DNA of 60,609 nt from an uncultured Planctomycetia bacterium (GTDB taxonomy: Bacteria; Planctomycetota; UBA8108). Shown one piece after another: positions 17,602-26,609 of this stretch. Within the stretch, counting starts at the first letter, position 1. Every line of letters begins with the position of its first letter. The DNA lies in contig CAYMLL010000010.1 in the NCBI GenBank assembly GCA_964390645.1, forward strand, positions 1 to 60,609. Direction: 5' to 3'. Position numbers and translations under genes: made by a program. Below the pieces are notes generated by a model. That model saw only the letters and a list, made by a program, of their open reading frames with translations. It was not told the DNA's origin and searched no databases.

Positions 17602-20600
17602 GCGGGCTGTCGCTGGAGTTCGCGAGCGGGTGGTGGCTGCTGCTTCTGGCGCTCTTGCCGGTCGTCTACCTGCTGTCGCGCGATAGTCTGGCCGGTCTCG
17701 GCGGTGGCCGCCGCAGGGTCGCGGTGGCGCTGCGGACGATCTCGCTCCTCCTGGTCATCCTCGCGCTCTCTCGCGCACGCTTGCTGAAGCAGAGCGAGTC
17801 GCTGAGCGTCATCTTCGTCGTCGACCGCTCTGACAGCATTCGCCCGCAGATGCGACAGCAGATTCTCCGCTACGTGATGGACGAGGCCCAGCACGATCGT
17901 CGTGAGAGCTCGGGGGACCGGGTCGGCGTCGTCCTCTTCGGGAAGAACGCGGGCGTCGAGGTGTTGCCGGACGACCGCGCCTTCGACATCACGGACTTGA
18001 GAACGCTCGTCGACACCGGTGCGACCGATATGCAGGCGGCGATCCGTCTCGCGGTGACCGCCTTTCCTCAGGAAGTCGGCGGCAAGCGGCTCGTTCTCTT
18101 CACGGACGGCAACGAGACGCAGGGCGCGGTGCTGGAGGAGATCCGCAACGCCCGATCGCTCGGCGTCACCGTGGACGTGGTGCCGATCCACTCGAAGGTC
18201 GAAGACGAGTTCTGGGTCGAGAAGGTCATCGTCGACCCGGAGGTACAGGTCTCCGAGCCCTACGACCTCAAGGTCGTCGTCGGGTCGAACCGCCAGACGA
18301 CCGCGCGCATCACCGTTCACGAGAACGGCGTGCTGATCTCGGATCCGGACGACGTCCACGACCTGAAGAAGGGAAAGACCATCATCCCCTTCCGCGGCCT
18401 TCGTCGTGACAGGCCGGACTTCTACGACTACGAGGTGCGCGTGGAGCCGCTCGTCAAGGGTCTCGACGTCATCGATGAGAACAACAGGGGTACTGCGTTC
18501 GTGTTGATCAGGGGCGAGCCGAGGGTCCTCTTCGTGCTGCCGGGGGGCAGTGAGGAGGAGTTCCAGCGCCAGAAGGACCGTGACCGGTCGCTCCTGACGG
18601 CGCTGGCGACCGGGAAGATCAAGGTAGACGTCGTCCGCGCCGACTTTCTACCGCGCGAGTCGGGCGAGTATCTCGACTACGACGCGATCATCTTCTCCAA
18701 CGTCGGCGCCCATGAGCTGACGCAGGAGAAGATGAACCTGATCCACGGGCTGGTCTACGGCATCGGGACGGGCTTCGTGATGATCGGCGGCGAGCACAGC
18801 TTCGGCGCCGGCGGCTATCAGGGAACACCGATCGAGAAGCTCCTTCCGGTGGACATGGACATCAAGCAGCGCAAGGTTTTGCCGAACGGCGCGCTGGCCT
18901 TCGTGGTGCACTCGTGCGAGCTCGGCAACGGCAACCGTTGGGCGAGGCAGGTCGTGCAGCGAGCGATTCGCATCCTTTCGCCGCGCGACTATTGCGGTGT
19001 CCTCTATCACGACGACGTCGCGCAGGAGCAGTGGCTGTTCGACATGTCGCTCTGCAGCAAGAAGCCGATGATGCTCCGCAAGCTGCGGAACTTCAGTCCG
19101 GGCGACATGATGTCGTTCCAGCGGGTCTTCGAGATGGCCGCCACGGGCCTGGCGCGCGCGGACGCGTCGATCAAGCACATGCTGATCCTGTCGGACGGCG
19201 ATCCTGCCCGACCCCTTCCGGGGACCGTGCGTGATCTCGTCGACAAGGGGCAGGTGACGATCTCGACGATCTGCTACGGCGCGCACGGCGGGGGGCCGCC
19301 GCCGATCATGCAGGAGCTGGCTGCGGAGGGAAACGGTGAGTTTTACCACCTGAAGAATCCCGCAAAGCTCCCCGAGATCTTCATCCGCGAGGCCACCACG
19401 ATCCGTCGGTCGCTGCTCCTGAGCGATCCGTTCATTCCACGGCTCACGGCGATGGGACCCTTCACGGGCGTGTTCGAGGCCACGCTCGCCTCGGGCGGCT
19501 CGATCCCGCAGCTTGACGGGCTCGTCGTTACCTCCGCGAAGCCGCTCGCGACACTGCACCTCATCCGTCCCTCGAAGGAGGACGACCCGTCCGAGGATCC
19601 CTTGCTGGCCAGCTGGCACTACGGGCTCGGCAAGTCGGTCGCGTTCACGTCCGACGCGGGTGGCTCGTGGGGAAAGCACTGGGCGAACTGGAGTGGCCAC
19701 GACCGCTTCTGGCTCGAGACCGTACGCTGGGTCTCGCGCAGTCGCGGCGAGGCGCCCTTCCGTGTCAGTCGCCAGATCGAGGGCGATCGCGCCAGGGTTA
19801 TCGTCGATGTGATCGACGAGGCTACCGGACGGCTCGACAGCGACCTGTCGATCGAGGCCCGGGTCGTGGCTCCCGCGCCGGGACACGAGATCACGAGTGT
19901 CGACGCGCGGCAGACGACGTCTGGCCGCTACGAGTTCGAGTTCGCTGCCGGCGAGGAAGGCACGTACACGATCGGAATCCAGTACGAGCGTGAGGACGGC
20001 ACGCGAGGGAGCTACACGACGGGGCTGTCGGTCTCCTACTCGCCGGAGTTCCTCTACCGCGATGTCAACGAGGTGCTGCTCAGGCATGTTGTGGATGCGG
20101 CAGATGGACGCTACTTCGCAGGAAGCGACGACGACGAGGTCGATTTCTTCTCGCGGGACTTCATCGCGACGAAGAGCGTCCAGGACATCTGGAGCAGCCT
20201 GCTCGTCTTCGCTACCCTCCTCTTCTTCGTCGACATCTTCGTACGTCGTGTGATGATCGACTACTCCGCGGTGGCGTGGAGGTCGATGGCGTTCGTCAGT
20301 GGGCTCTTCAGAAGGAAGAGCCCGTCCGGGGAGGACGGCGAGCTGCTTGCCGCTCTGCTGCGGAAGAAGGAGGAGGTGCGTCGGAGCGAGGACCGCGCGG
20401 CTGTGGGGCGAACCCCTTCGGGGAAGCCGGCAGCGAGCTACGAGGCGAAGGAGGCGAACGAGTCGGACAGGTCCGTGGAGGCCACCGACGACGCGGGAGC
20501 CGCGCTCGAAGGGCGCGAGGGCCAGGGGCCCAGGAAGGCGGAGTCGAAGAAGCCGTCGAGTGAGGAGGCAGAGGAATCCGGGTACACCGGCCGACTTCTC

Positions 20601-20645
20601 GCTGCCAAGCGCCGTGCGCAAGGGAAGAACGAGAAGAAAGACTAG
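17598..20645 (+). CDS. Large membrane protein with vWA domains and a glutamine-amidotransferase-like domain
   Basis: N-terminal TM helices. MIDAS motif VDRSDS...TDGNET. GFVMIGGEHSFGAGGYQGTPIEKLLPV. Second vWA-like region (HMLILSDGDP). PLLASWHYGLGKSVAFTSD. C-terminal TM helix. ATGA overlap with the upstream gene. Confidence 0.85.
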   Translation: MSGLSLEFASGWWLLLLALLPVVYLLSRDSLAGLGGGRRRVAVALRTISLLLVILALSRARLLKQSESLSVIFVVDRSDSIRPQMRQQILRYVMDEAQHDRRESSGDRVGVVLFGKNAGVEVLPDDRAFDITDLRTLVDTGATDMQAAIRLAVTAFPQEVGGKRLVLFTDGNETQGAVLEEIRNARSLGVTVDVVPIHSKVEDEFWVEKVIVDPEVQVSEPYDLKVVVGSNRQTTARITVHENGVLISDPDDVHDLKKGKTIIPFRGLRRDRPDFYDYEVRVEPLVKGLDVIDENNRGTAFVLIRGEPRVLFVLPGGSEEEFQRQKDRDRSLLTALATGKIKVDVVRADFLPRESGEYLDYDAIIFSNVGAHELTQEKMNLIHGLVYGIGTGFVMIGGEHSFGAGGYQGTPIEKLLPVDMDIKQRKVLPNGALAFVVHSCELGNGNRWARQVVQRAIRILSPRDYCGVLYHDDVAQEQWLFDMSLCSKKPMMLRKLRNFSPGDMMSFQRVFEMAATGLARADASIKHMLILSDGDPARPLPGTVRDLVDKGQVTISTICYGAHGGGPPPIMQELAAEGNGEFYHLKNPAKLPEIFIREATTIRRSLLLSDPFIPRLTAMGPFTGVFEATLASGGSIPQLDGLVVTSAKPLATLHLIRPSKEDDPSEDPLLASWHYGLGKSVAFTSDAGGSWGKHWANWSGHDRFWLETVRWVSRSRGEAPFRVSRQIEGDRARVIVDVIDEATGRLDSDLSIEARVVAPAPGHEITSVDARQTTSGRYEFEFAAGEEGTYTIGIQYEREDGTRGSYTTGLSVSYSPEFLYRDVNEVLLRHVVDAADGRYFAGSDDDEVDFFSRDFIATKSVQDIWSSLLVFATLLFFVDIFVRRVMIDYSAVAWRSMAFVSGLFRRKSPSGEDGELLAALLRKKEEVRRSEDRAAVGRTPSGKPAASYEAKEANESDRSVEATDDAGAALEGREGQGPRKAESKKPSSEEAEESGYTGRLLAAKRRAQGKNEKKD

Positions 20646-20706
20646 CGTGGCGGCCGCGAGCACAGGGCGTGGACCGTGTTGATCAGTTTCGAGCAGGAGA
20701 CAGTGA

Positions 20707-21711
20707 ATGGCCACAGCAGCCGGTTCCATCGAAGAGAGGGCCGCCGGGTTTCGCGACAAGTTCAACGCCATCCGCGTTGAGATCGGCAAGATCGTCGTCG
20801 GTCAGGAGGAGATCGTCGAGCAGGTGCTGAGCACGCTCTTCGCCGGTGGTCATTGCCTGCTCGAGGGTGTTCCTGGACTCGGGAAAACGCTCCTCGTGCG
20901 CACGTTGAGCGAGGTTCTGGATCTCCGCTTCAGCCGTATCCAGTTCACCCCCGACCTCATGCCGGCAGACATCCTCGGCGTCAACATGGTCACCGAGGAC
21001 GATCGTGGCCGACGCCACTTCGAGTTCCAGAAGGGGCCGGTGTTCGGCCAGATCGTTCTGGCCGACGAGATCAACCGTGCAACTCCGAAGACGCAGTCGG
21101 CTCTCCTCGAGGCGATGCAGGAGAAGACCGTCACGGTCAGTGGCGAGCACTTCCGGCTCGAGGCTCCGTTCCTCGTCATGGCGACGCAGAACCCGCTCGA
21201 GATGGACGGAACCTATCCGCTTCCCGAGGCGCAGCTCGACCGCTTTCTCTTCAAGGTCCTCGTCGGCTATCCGTCGCGGGAGGATCTTTCCACGGTTCTC
21301 GACCGCACCGTGGACCCCTACTCGATGCGTCCGCGGCAGCTCATGGACGGCCCGGAGATCGAGGAGTGGAAGTCGCTGGTTCGCGATGTCGTCGTCGCTC
21401 CGCACGTCAAGGATTACGGCATCCGACTCTGTCTCGCCACGCACCCGGGGGGCGAGTTCGCCGTTCCCGCGGTGAACCGGCTCGTGCGCTACGGCTCGAG
21501 CCCGCGTGGCGCTCAGGCGATCATGCTCGGCGCGAAGATCCGTGCGCTGCTCGACTCGCGCTACAACGTCAGCTTCGAGGATCTGCGTCGCTGCGCGCTG
21601 CCGGTCCTGCGGCACCGCCTGCTGCTGAACTTCGAGGGGGAGGCCGAGGGCGTCTCCTGCGACACCATCATCGAGGAGATTCTCGAGAACACTCCCGTGG
21701 AGGAGAAGTAG
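20707..21711 (+). CDS. moxR: MoxR-family AAA+ ATPase
   Basis: Walker A GVPGLGKT, RIQFTPDLMPADI, Walker B LADEINRATPKTQSALLEAMQE, ATQNPLEMDGTYPLPEAQLDRF, VLRHRL. Confidence 0.95.
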   Translation: MATAAGSIEERAAGFRDKFNAIRVEIGKIVVGQEEIVEQVLSTLFAGGHCLLEGVPGLGKTLLVRTLSEVLDLRFSRIQFTPDLMPADILGVNMVTEDDRGRRHFEFQKGPVFGQIVLADEINRATPKTQSALLEAMQEKTVTVSGEHFRLEAPFLVMATQNPLEMDGTYPLPEAQLDRFLFKVLVGYPSREDLSTVLDRTVDPYSMRPRQLMDGPEIEEWKSLVRDVVVAPHVKDYGIRLCLATHPGGEFAVPAVNRLVRYGSSPRGAQAIMLGAKIRALLDSRYNVSFEDLRRCALPVLRHRLLLNFEGEAEGVSCDTIIEEILENTPVEEK

Positions 21712-22605
21712 GTGGCGCAGAAGCTCCTCGACGACGAGTTTATCGCCCGCCTCGAGAAGCTGGAGCTGGTGTCGAGAAAAGTCCTCGCCGGCACCTTCAA
21801 GGGAGAGAGGCGCTCTCGTCGCCGCGGCCACTCGACCGAGTTTGCGGACTTTCGCCCCTACGTCCATGGTGATGATCTTCGTCATGTCGACTGGAACATC
21901 TACGGGCGCCTCGACAGGCTCTTCCTCAAGGTCTTCCTCGAGGAGGAGGATCTGCGACTGGACATCCTCATCGACGCGAGCCCGTCGATGAAGTTCGGCG
22001 AGCCCGACAAGTTCACGTACGCGAAGAAGATCGCCACGGCGCTCGGCTACATCGGTCTCGTCAACCAGGACCGCGTCAGCGTGGGGGCCTTCTCGACACG
22101 CCTTCAGTCGACTTTCGGGCCGGCGCGCGGTCGGCGGCAGGCGCCTCGACTGCTCGACGCGATGCAGAGCCTCGAGCCCGAGACAGAAGGCTCGACGGAC
22201 CTCGCTCGGAGCTGCAAGGACTACACCGCTCAGGGCTCGCGCGGCGGCATCCTGGTCTTCGTCACCGATTTCTTCGACCGCGTGGGGTTCGAGTCCGCGC
22301 TGCGCTATCTGCTCGCGAGTCCTGGCGCGACGGAGGTCTTCGTCTTCCACGTGCTCTCGCCGCAGGAGGTAGAGCCGGATCTCAAGGGCGATGTGCGTCT
22401 CGTTGATGTCGAGGACGGTGCCACCTCGGACGTGACGATCAGCGCGCCGCTTCTGCGTCAGTACCGGAAGACCGTCGAGAGCTTCCGCCACGACATCAGG
22501 ACGTTCTGCTCGGCGCGCGGGATCAGCTACGTGTTCACCACGACCGATGTGCCCTTCGACGAGCTCGTGCTGAGCTACCTGCGTCGCAGAGGGCTCGTGA
22601 GATGA
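21712..22605 (+). CDS. DUF58 domain protein
   Basis: GHSTEFADFRPYVHGDDLRHVDWNIYGR, IDASPSM. Sits directly after moxR, the typical arrangement. Confidence 0.93.
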   Translation: MAQKLLDDEFIARLEKLELVSRKVLAGTFKGERRSRRRGHSTEFADFRPYVHGDDLRHVDWNIYGRLDRLFLKVFLEEEDLRLDILIDASPSMKFGEPDKFTYAKKIATALGYIGLVNQDRVSVGAFSTRLQSTFGPARGRRQAPRLLDAMQSLEPETEGSTDLARSCKDYTAQGSRGGILVFVTDFFDRVGFESALRYLLASPGATEVFVFHVLSPQEVEPDLKGDVRLVDVEDGATSDVTISAPLLRQYRKTVESFRHDIRTFCSARGISYVFTTTDVPFDELVLSYLRRRGLVR

Positions 22606-24554
22606 CGCCTGTCTGGTGGCTCCTCGCCCTCATTCCGGCGCTGGTGGCGCTCTACTTCCTGAAGTTGAAGCGCCAGGACGTCGCCGTTTCCAGCACGTAC
22701 CTGTGGAAACGTAGCATGGAGGATCTTCATGTCAACTCGCCGTTTCAGCGCCTGCGTCGTAGTGTGCTGTTCCTGCTGCAGCTGGTCGCTCTCTGCCTCC
22801 TCATACTCGCGATCTGGAAGCCGCGCTGTGACCGTACGGTACGAGGCGGGCGCGATCTGATCGTTCTCATCGACCACTCCGCGAGCATGAACGTGCGGGA
22901 GGGCGGCCGGACTCGACTGGAGCTCGCCCGGGCTCATGCGCTGTCGCTCGTCGACAGCATGGCTGTCGGTGACCGCATGCAGGTGCTGCGGTTCTCGTCG
23001 CAGACGATCGTCCAGCAGTCGCTGACCTCCGACAAGTCGGTCCTCGAAGCGAGCGTTCGTGCAATCGAGTCGTCGTCGCTGCCCACGGATCTGTCGCAGG
23101 CGCTGAGTATCGTCAACTCGATGGCCGCGACACTCGACGGCGTGGAGATTCACGTCATCGGCGATGGCTGCTACGGCGACGTGACGAGCTTGCCTCCCGA
23201 GGTGAAGCGCCTCGACCTGCGATTCGTGAACACGGGGAGCCCGGTCGACAACGTCGGCATCACGGAGGCGGACGTGCGCTGCAGTCTCGGGCGCGACAGG
23301 GTGACCGAGGTCTTCGCTCTCGTCGAGAACTTCTCGGGCGAGGAGAGGACCGTCTCCGTGACTCTCTTTCGGGACGATGTTCTGAAGCGGGCAACCGAGG
23401 TGACCCTGCCGTCCGGGAAGGGTGAGTCGGTGGTGTTCGACGTCTCGGAGATCGAGATGCCCGCGGGCGAGAGTCGCGTCCTGGGTCTGGAAATCGATCT
23501 CGTGGGTCCGGACGGGGAGAACATGGAGGCCGACGGGTTTCCTGACGATGACCGCGCCTTTCTCGGCGTCCCGGCGCCCAGGACCAACTCGGTGCTGCTT
23601 GTCGGGGAAGGAAACGTGTTCATCGAGAATGCCCTCTTATACGTACCGAACACGACCCTGGAGAAGATGACCCTCGCGGACTACGAGGCGACGCTCGTCG
23701 AGCCGGGCGACGGCGAGTCGTCGTCCGAGCCGAGGAGGTGGAATCTGATCGTCTTCGATCGGGGCGGCCCGCGGACACCGCCGCGGTCGCCCGCGATTTT
23801 CATCGGCTGCAAGCCGCCGTCGCTTCCCGGTGTTGCCGATCCGAAGATGGTGGAGAGCCCCGTCTACATGGACAAGGACGAGGCTCACCCGGTCAACCGC
23901 TTCATGAGCTTCGCGAACATCCACATCGAGGAGAGCCTGGTCTACGAGCCGTCACCGGCCTTTCATGCGCTGATCGAGTCGGAGGAAGGCGGGCTGATCG
24001 GCACCTTCACCTATCGTCAGGAGGGCGAGTATCCGGTACGCGTCGTCGTGGTCGGTTTCGACATCACACGCAGCAACTGGCCGATCCATCACCACTCGTT
24101 CCCGATCTTCTTCGTCAACGCCGTCACCTGGCTTGGACTGACGGACACGGAGTCCGTCCGGCGCTGGCGTACCGGACAGTCGCTCGTTCACTCTCCCGTG
24201 ACGGGTCCGGGCGAGACGGTGAGGGGGGGGGCGACCTTCGTCTCGCCGGGAGGCGAGGAGGTCAGCGTGCGGCCCGACCGCGGCGGCTCGATGGTCTCGG
24301 GCGTCGCGGACCAGATCGGCGTCTACCGCCTGCGGCGCGAGAGCGACCTCCTCGCCGAGTTTCCGGTGTCTCTCATCGATCGCCGGGAGTCGAGGTTGAC
24401 CCCGGCGGAGGAGATCGACATGGGAGACATCAAGATCTCGACCAGGACGCGGCTGGACTTCGAGTCGAGCGCTCTGTGGCACTGGTTCGCGCTCGCCGGC
24501 TTCGTCTTCCTTCTGATCGAGTGGTACGTCTACAACCGACGGGTCTACATCTGA
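22602..24554 (+). CDS. BatA-domain/vWA membrane protein
   Basis: N-terminal BatA-type segment (LLALIPALVALYFLKLKR...VSSTYLW...LQL), MIDAS IDHSASM, C-terminal TM helix ending LIEWYVYNRR. Confidence 0.9.
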   Translation: MTPVWWLLALIPALVALYFLKLKRQDVAVSSTYLWKRSMEDLHVNSPFQRLRRSVLFLLQLVALCLLILAIWKPRCDRTVRGGRDLIVLIDHSASMNVREGGRTRLELARAHALSLVDSMAVGDRMQVLRFSSQTIVQQSLTSDKSVLEASVRAIESSSLPTDLSQALSIVNSMAATLDGVEIHVIGDGCYGDVTSLPPEVKRLDLRFVNTGSPVDNVGITEADVRCSLGRDRVTEVFALVENFSGEERTVSVTLFRDDVLKRATEVTLPSGKGESVVFDVSEIEMPAGESRVLGLEIDLVGPDGENMEADGFPDDDRAFLGVPAPRTNSVLLVGEGNVFIENALLYVPNTTLEKMTLADYEATLVEPGDGESSSEPRRWNLIVFDRGGPRTPPRSPAIFIGCKPPSLPGVADPKMVESPVYMDKDEAHPVNRFMSFANIHIEESLVYEPSPAFHALIESEEGGLIGTFTYRQEGEYPVRVVVVGFDITRSNWPIHHHSFPIFFVNAVTWLGLTDTESVRRWRTGQSLVHSPVTGPGETVRGGATFVSPGGEEVSVRPDRGGSMVSGVADQIGVYRLRRESDLLAEFPVSLIDRRESRLTPAEEIDMGDIKISTRTRLDFESSALWHWFALAGFVFLLIEWYVYNRRVYI

Positions 24555-24590
24555 GCGGGGCTCGACAGCGGACGCGAACTTCGCGGGCCC

Positions 24591-24965
24591 TCAGCGGTTC
24601 CCGCCCCGGTTGCGGCCGGCCCTTCCGGAACACGTCAGGCATGCGAGAAGCACCACGGCGACGGCGAAGATCCCCCAACCGTAGTGCTGGAAACCCGCGG
24701 CGATCAGGAGCCCGAATGCGAGGATCAGCACCACGCTGCCTCCGACGAGGGCCCCGGCTCCCGAGATTCCCCTCGCCGTCAGTCGTGAGCTGCCCGGTGG
24801 CGGGGTGTGCGACCGCAGGAGCGCATCGTCGTCCTCGTCGTCCGGAAGATCGACCGACAGGTACTCGGCCTCGGGGTTCCACCCCGTCTCGTTGTCGCTG
24901 CCGCAGTGTGGGCAAGACGGAGCGTCGTCCGTGATGGGCTCGCCGCAGTGGGGGCAATAGTCCAT
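24591..24965 (-). CDS. Small zinc-ribbon membrane protein
   Basis: N-terminal CPHC...CPHC, an acidic linker, then two C-terminal hydrophobic helices. Confidence 0.75.
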   Translation of the reverse strand: MDYCPHCGEPITDDAPSCPHCGSDNETGWNPEAEYLSVDLPDDEDDDALLRSHTPPPGSSRLTARGISGAGALVGGSVVLILAFGLLIAAGFQHYGWGIFAVAVVLLACLTCSGRAGRNRGGNR

Positions 24966-24971
24966 ACCGAG

Positions 24972-24977
24972 ATTCTA
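24972..24977 (-). promoter_or_regulatory. -10 box (TAGAAT) placed for a leaderless transcript of the zinc-ribbon gene
   Basis: The minus strand reads TAGAAT-CTCGGT-ATG, so the A of ATG (24965) sits at the usual +1 position. No SD sequence is visible. Confidence 0.5.
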
Positions 24978-25798
24978 CGGCGAGCCGCGCGAAGCCGGGA
25001 AAAAATCGGGCGTCGCCCTGCAACCCCCACCTTCGCGGCGGATCCCGAAGCCTGCGCTCCGACTCCGAGGTCGCGAGAGTGGGCCAGATCGGGACCCGCC
25101 CCGGAAGGGCCGGCCGGCTCCGCTTGTCGATCTGGGCCGTGGCCACCGGGTCCGTGAGGAGCAGGGGCTATCAGCCTCTAGAGAGAGTCCATCCGGCGAC
25201 AATTCCGCCGGCCCGTCCGGGCCCCCGTCACCGTGGCTCGTGGTGCCAGAACTCGACAGGGCACCACATCGCCTCCCGTCCGGGGGCTCGATTCCCGACC
25301 GGATGACTCGCTCTCGCATCCGGAGAGTCTCCTGCTCGAGCTGTCAGCTCGGATGGCACCGACTTCGGGGAGGCCGGGATCGTGAGGGTCGGCGAGATCG
25401 AGAAGCGACGAGGACACGGTGTCCGGTGCGTATCGGGGAGCGGGAGCGACGAGGAACTGGAGCGAAAGTGCGGCTCTCGCGCCGTATGGACGTTCTCGGC
25501 GGGCCACCCCCCACGGCCGCATCGCCCCGCACCCGGAACAGGCTCCGGCGGAGTTCTTTCCCGGCTGGCGTCGCCAGTGTGGAGCCGGCGCTGGATGACG
25601 CCACCGCAGAGAGGTGACGCCGCCCGGAGAGAAACGTGCGACGACTCCGGAGGGGCACCACGGCCTCTCGACAACGTCGACCTGCAGCACGTGCGGGAAG
25701 CTCTGTCTGCGGGAAGGAGCCCGTTTCCGCGGGACCGACGGCGAGCCGATTCGACGACCGCGCATCGTGCCGGCCTTCCCTGTCGGGACCGGCTCACG

Positions 25799-26056
25799 TC
25801 AGTGCGGATTTCTCATCGATTTCGTGGCGAGGTTGCAAGTCGTGGCGTGGACCGCGTCGAGCTGCCCGGCACGCACGTCCTCGGGGCTCGCGACCTTCTT
25901 GTCGAGCGGCCTCCGGTTCGTCGGCGACAGCTCGAAGCTCCCGGGATAGAGCCGTAAGTATTTTCGAATGAATGCTTTGTATTCTACGGGAGAGTTGCCG
26001 GAGGCGGGTTCCGGGGAGCTCGGAGCTCGCCGGTGGAAGGGGATCCGGAGCGACAC
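25799..26056 (-). CDS. Possible small hypothetical protein (start uncertain)
   Basis: The 3' two-thirds (RLYPGSFELSPTNRRPLDKKVASPEDVRAGQLDAVHA) has strongly G/C-ending codons like the genes here. No family recognised. Confidence 0.3.
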   Translation of the reverse strand: MSLRIPFHRRAPSSPEPASGNSPVEYKAFIRKYLRLYPGSFELSPTNRRPLDKKVASPEDVRAGQLDAVHATTCNLATKSMRNPH

Positions 26057-26135
26057 GTCCTGCTCCGTGGGAGGCTGCGCTTCCCGCTCGAGTTTTATTT
26101 CCTCCCCGTTTGTTCTTTGGTGGACTCGGAGACTC

Positions 26136-26144
26136 TGGTATATT
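26136..26144 (+). promoter_or_regulatory. Putative extended -10 promoter (TGGTATATT) upstream of the large secreted protein
   Basis: TGn-TATATT in an AT-richer intergenic stretch, about 465 nt before ATG 26610. Confidence 0.35.
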
Positions 26145-26609
26145 CATTGCCGCGAGTAGCCGTGGTTTGGCGGCTGCTAGACGGAGGAAAAAAGTCGCTT
26201 CTGGACAGTCCGTGGCGCCCTTGGCGTTTGCTGACTGGGTCGGTCCGGAGGCGGAGAGGAACCGATAGGATTTCGATCCTGGTTGGAAGGGTGAGAGGCT
26301 GGCGGCGTCGCTGAATTTGACGACGGGTCGTCGTGGCCAGAGAGACAACCATCGAGTGTGCGAGGAGTCGGAGAGATCCGTTTCCCGGTCGCCGAACAGG
26401 CGCTGCTCGGAGGTTTGGCAGAACCGGAAGGAGGGTCCACCACAACAGTCTTCTCGGGCGGCCTCGTCGAGAGCCGCTGGGTGAGAGGGTTTGCCGAGGC
26501 GCGGGAAGGACTCGCAGCCTCGAGCGTTCGCCTCCGGGACGGACCGGAGCGAGCAGGTTTGGAGTTACAAGGTCTTTCGTCTCTTTTTTTTCAGGGAGGA
26601 ACGAGACAC

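Noticed and set aside
26305-26345. CGCTGAAT word resembling the c-di-AMP (ydaO) riboswitch
   Set aside because: The other conserved elements (GGGGGACC, GUCAGCUAAC) are not present.
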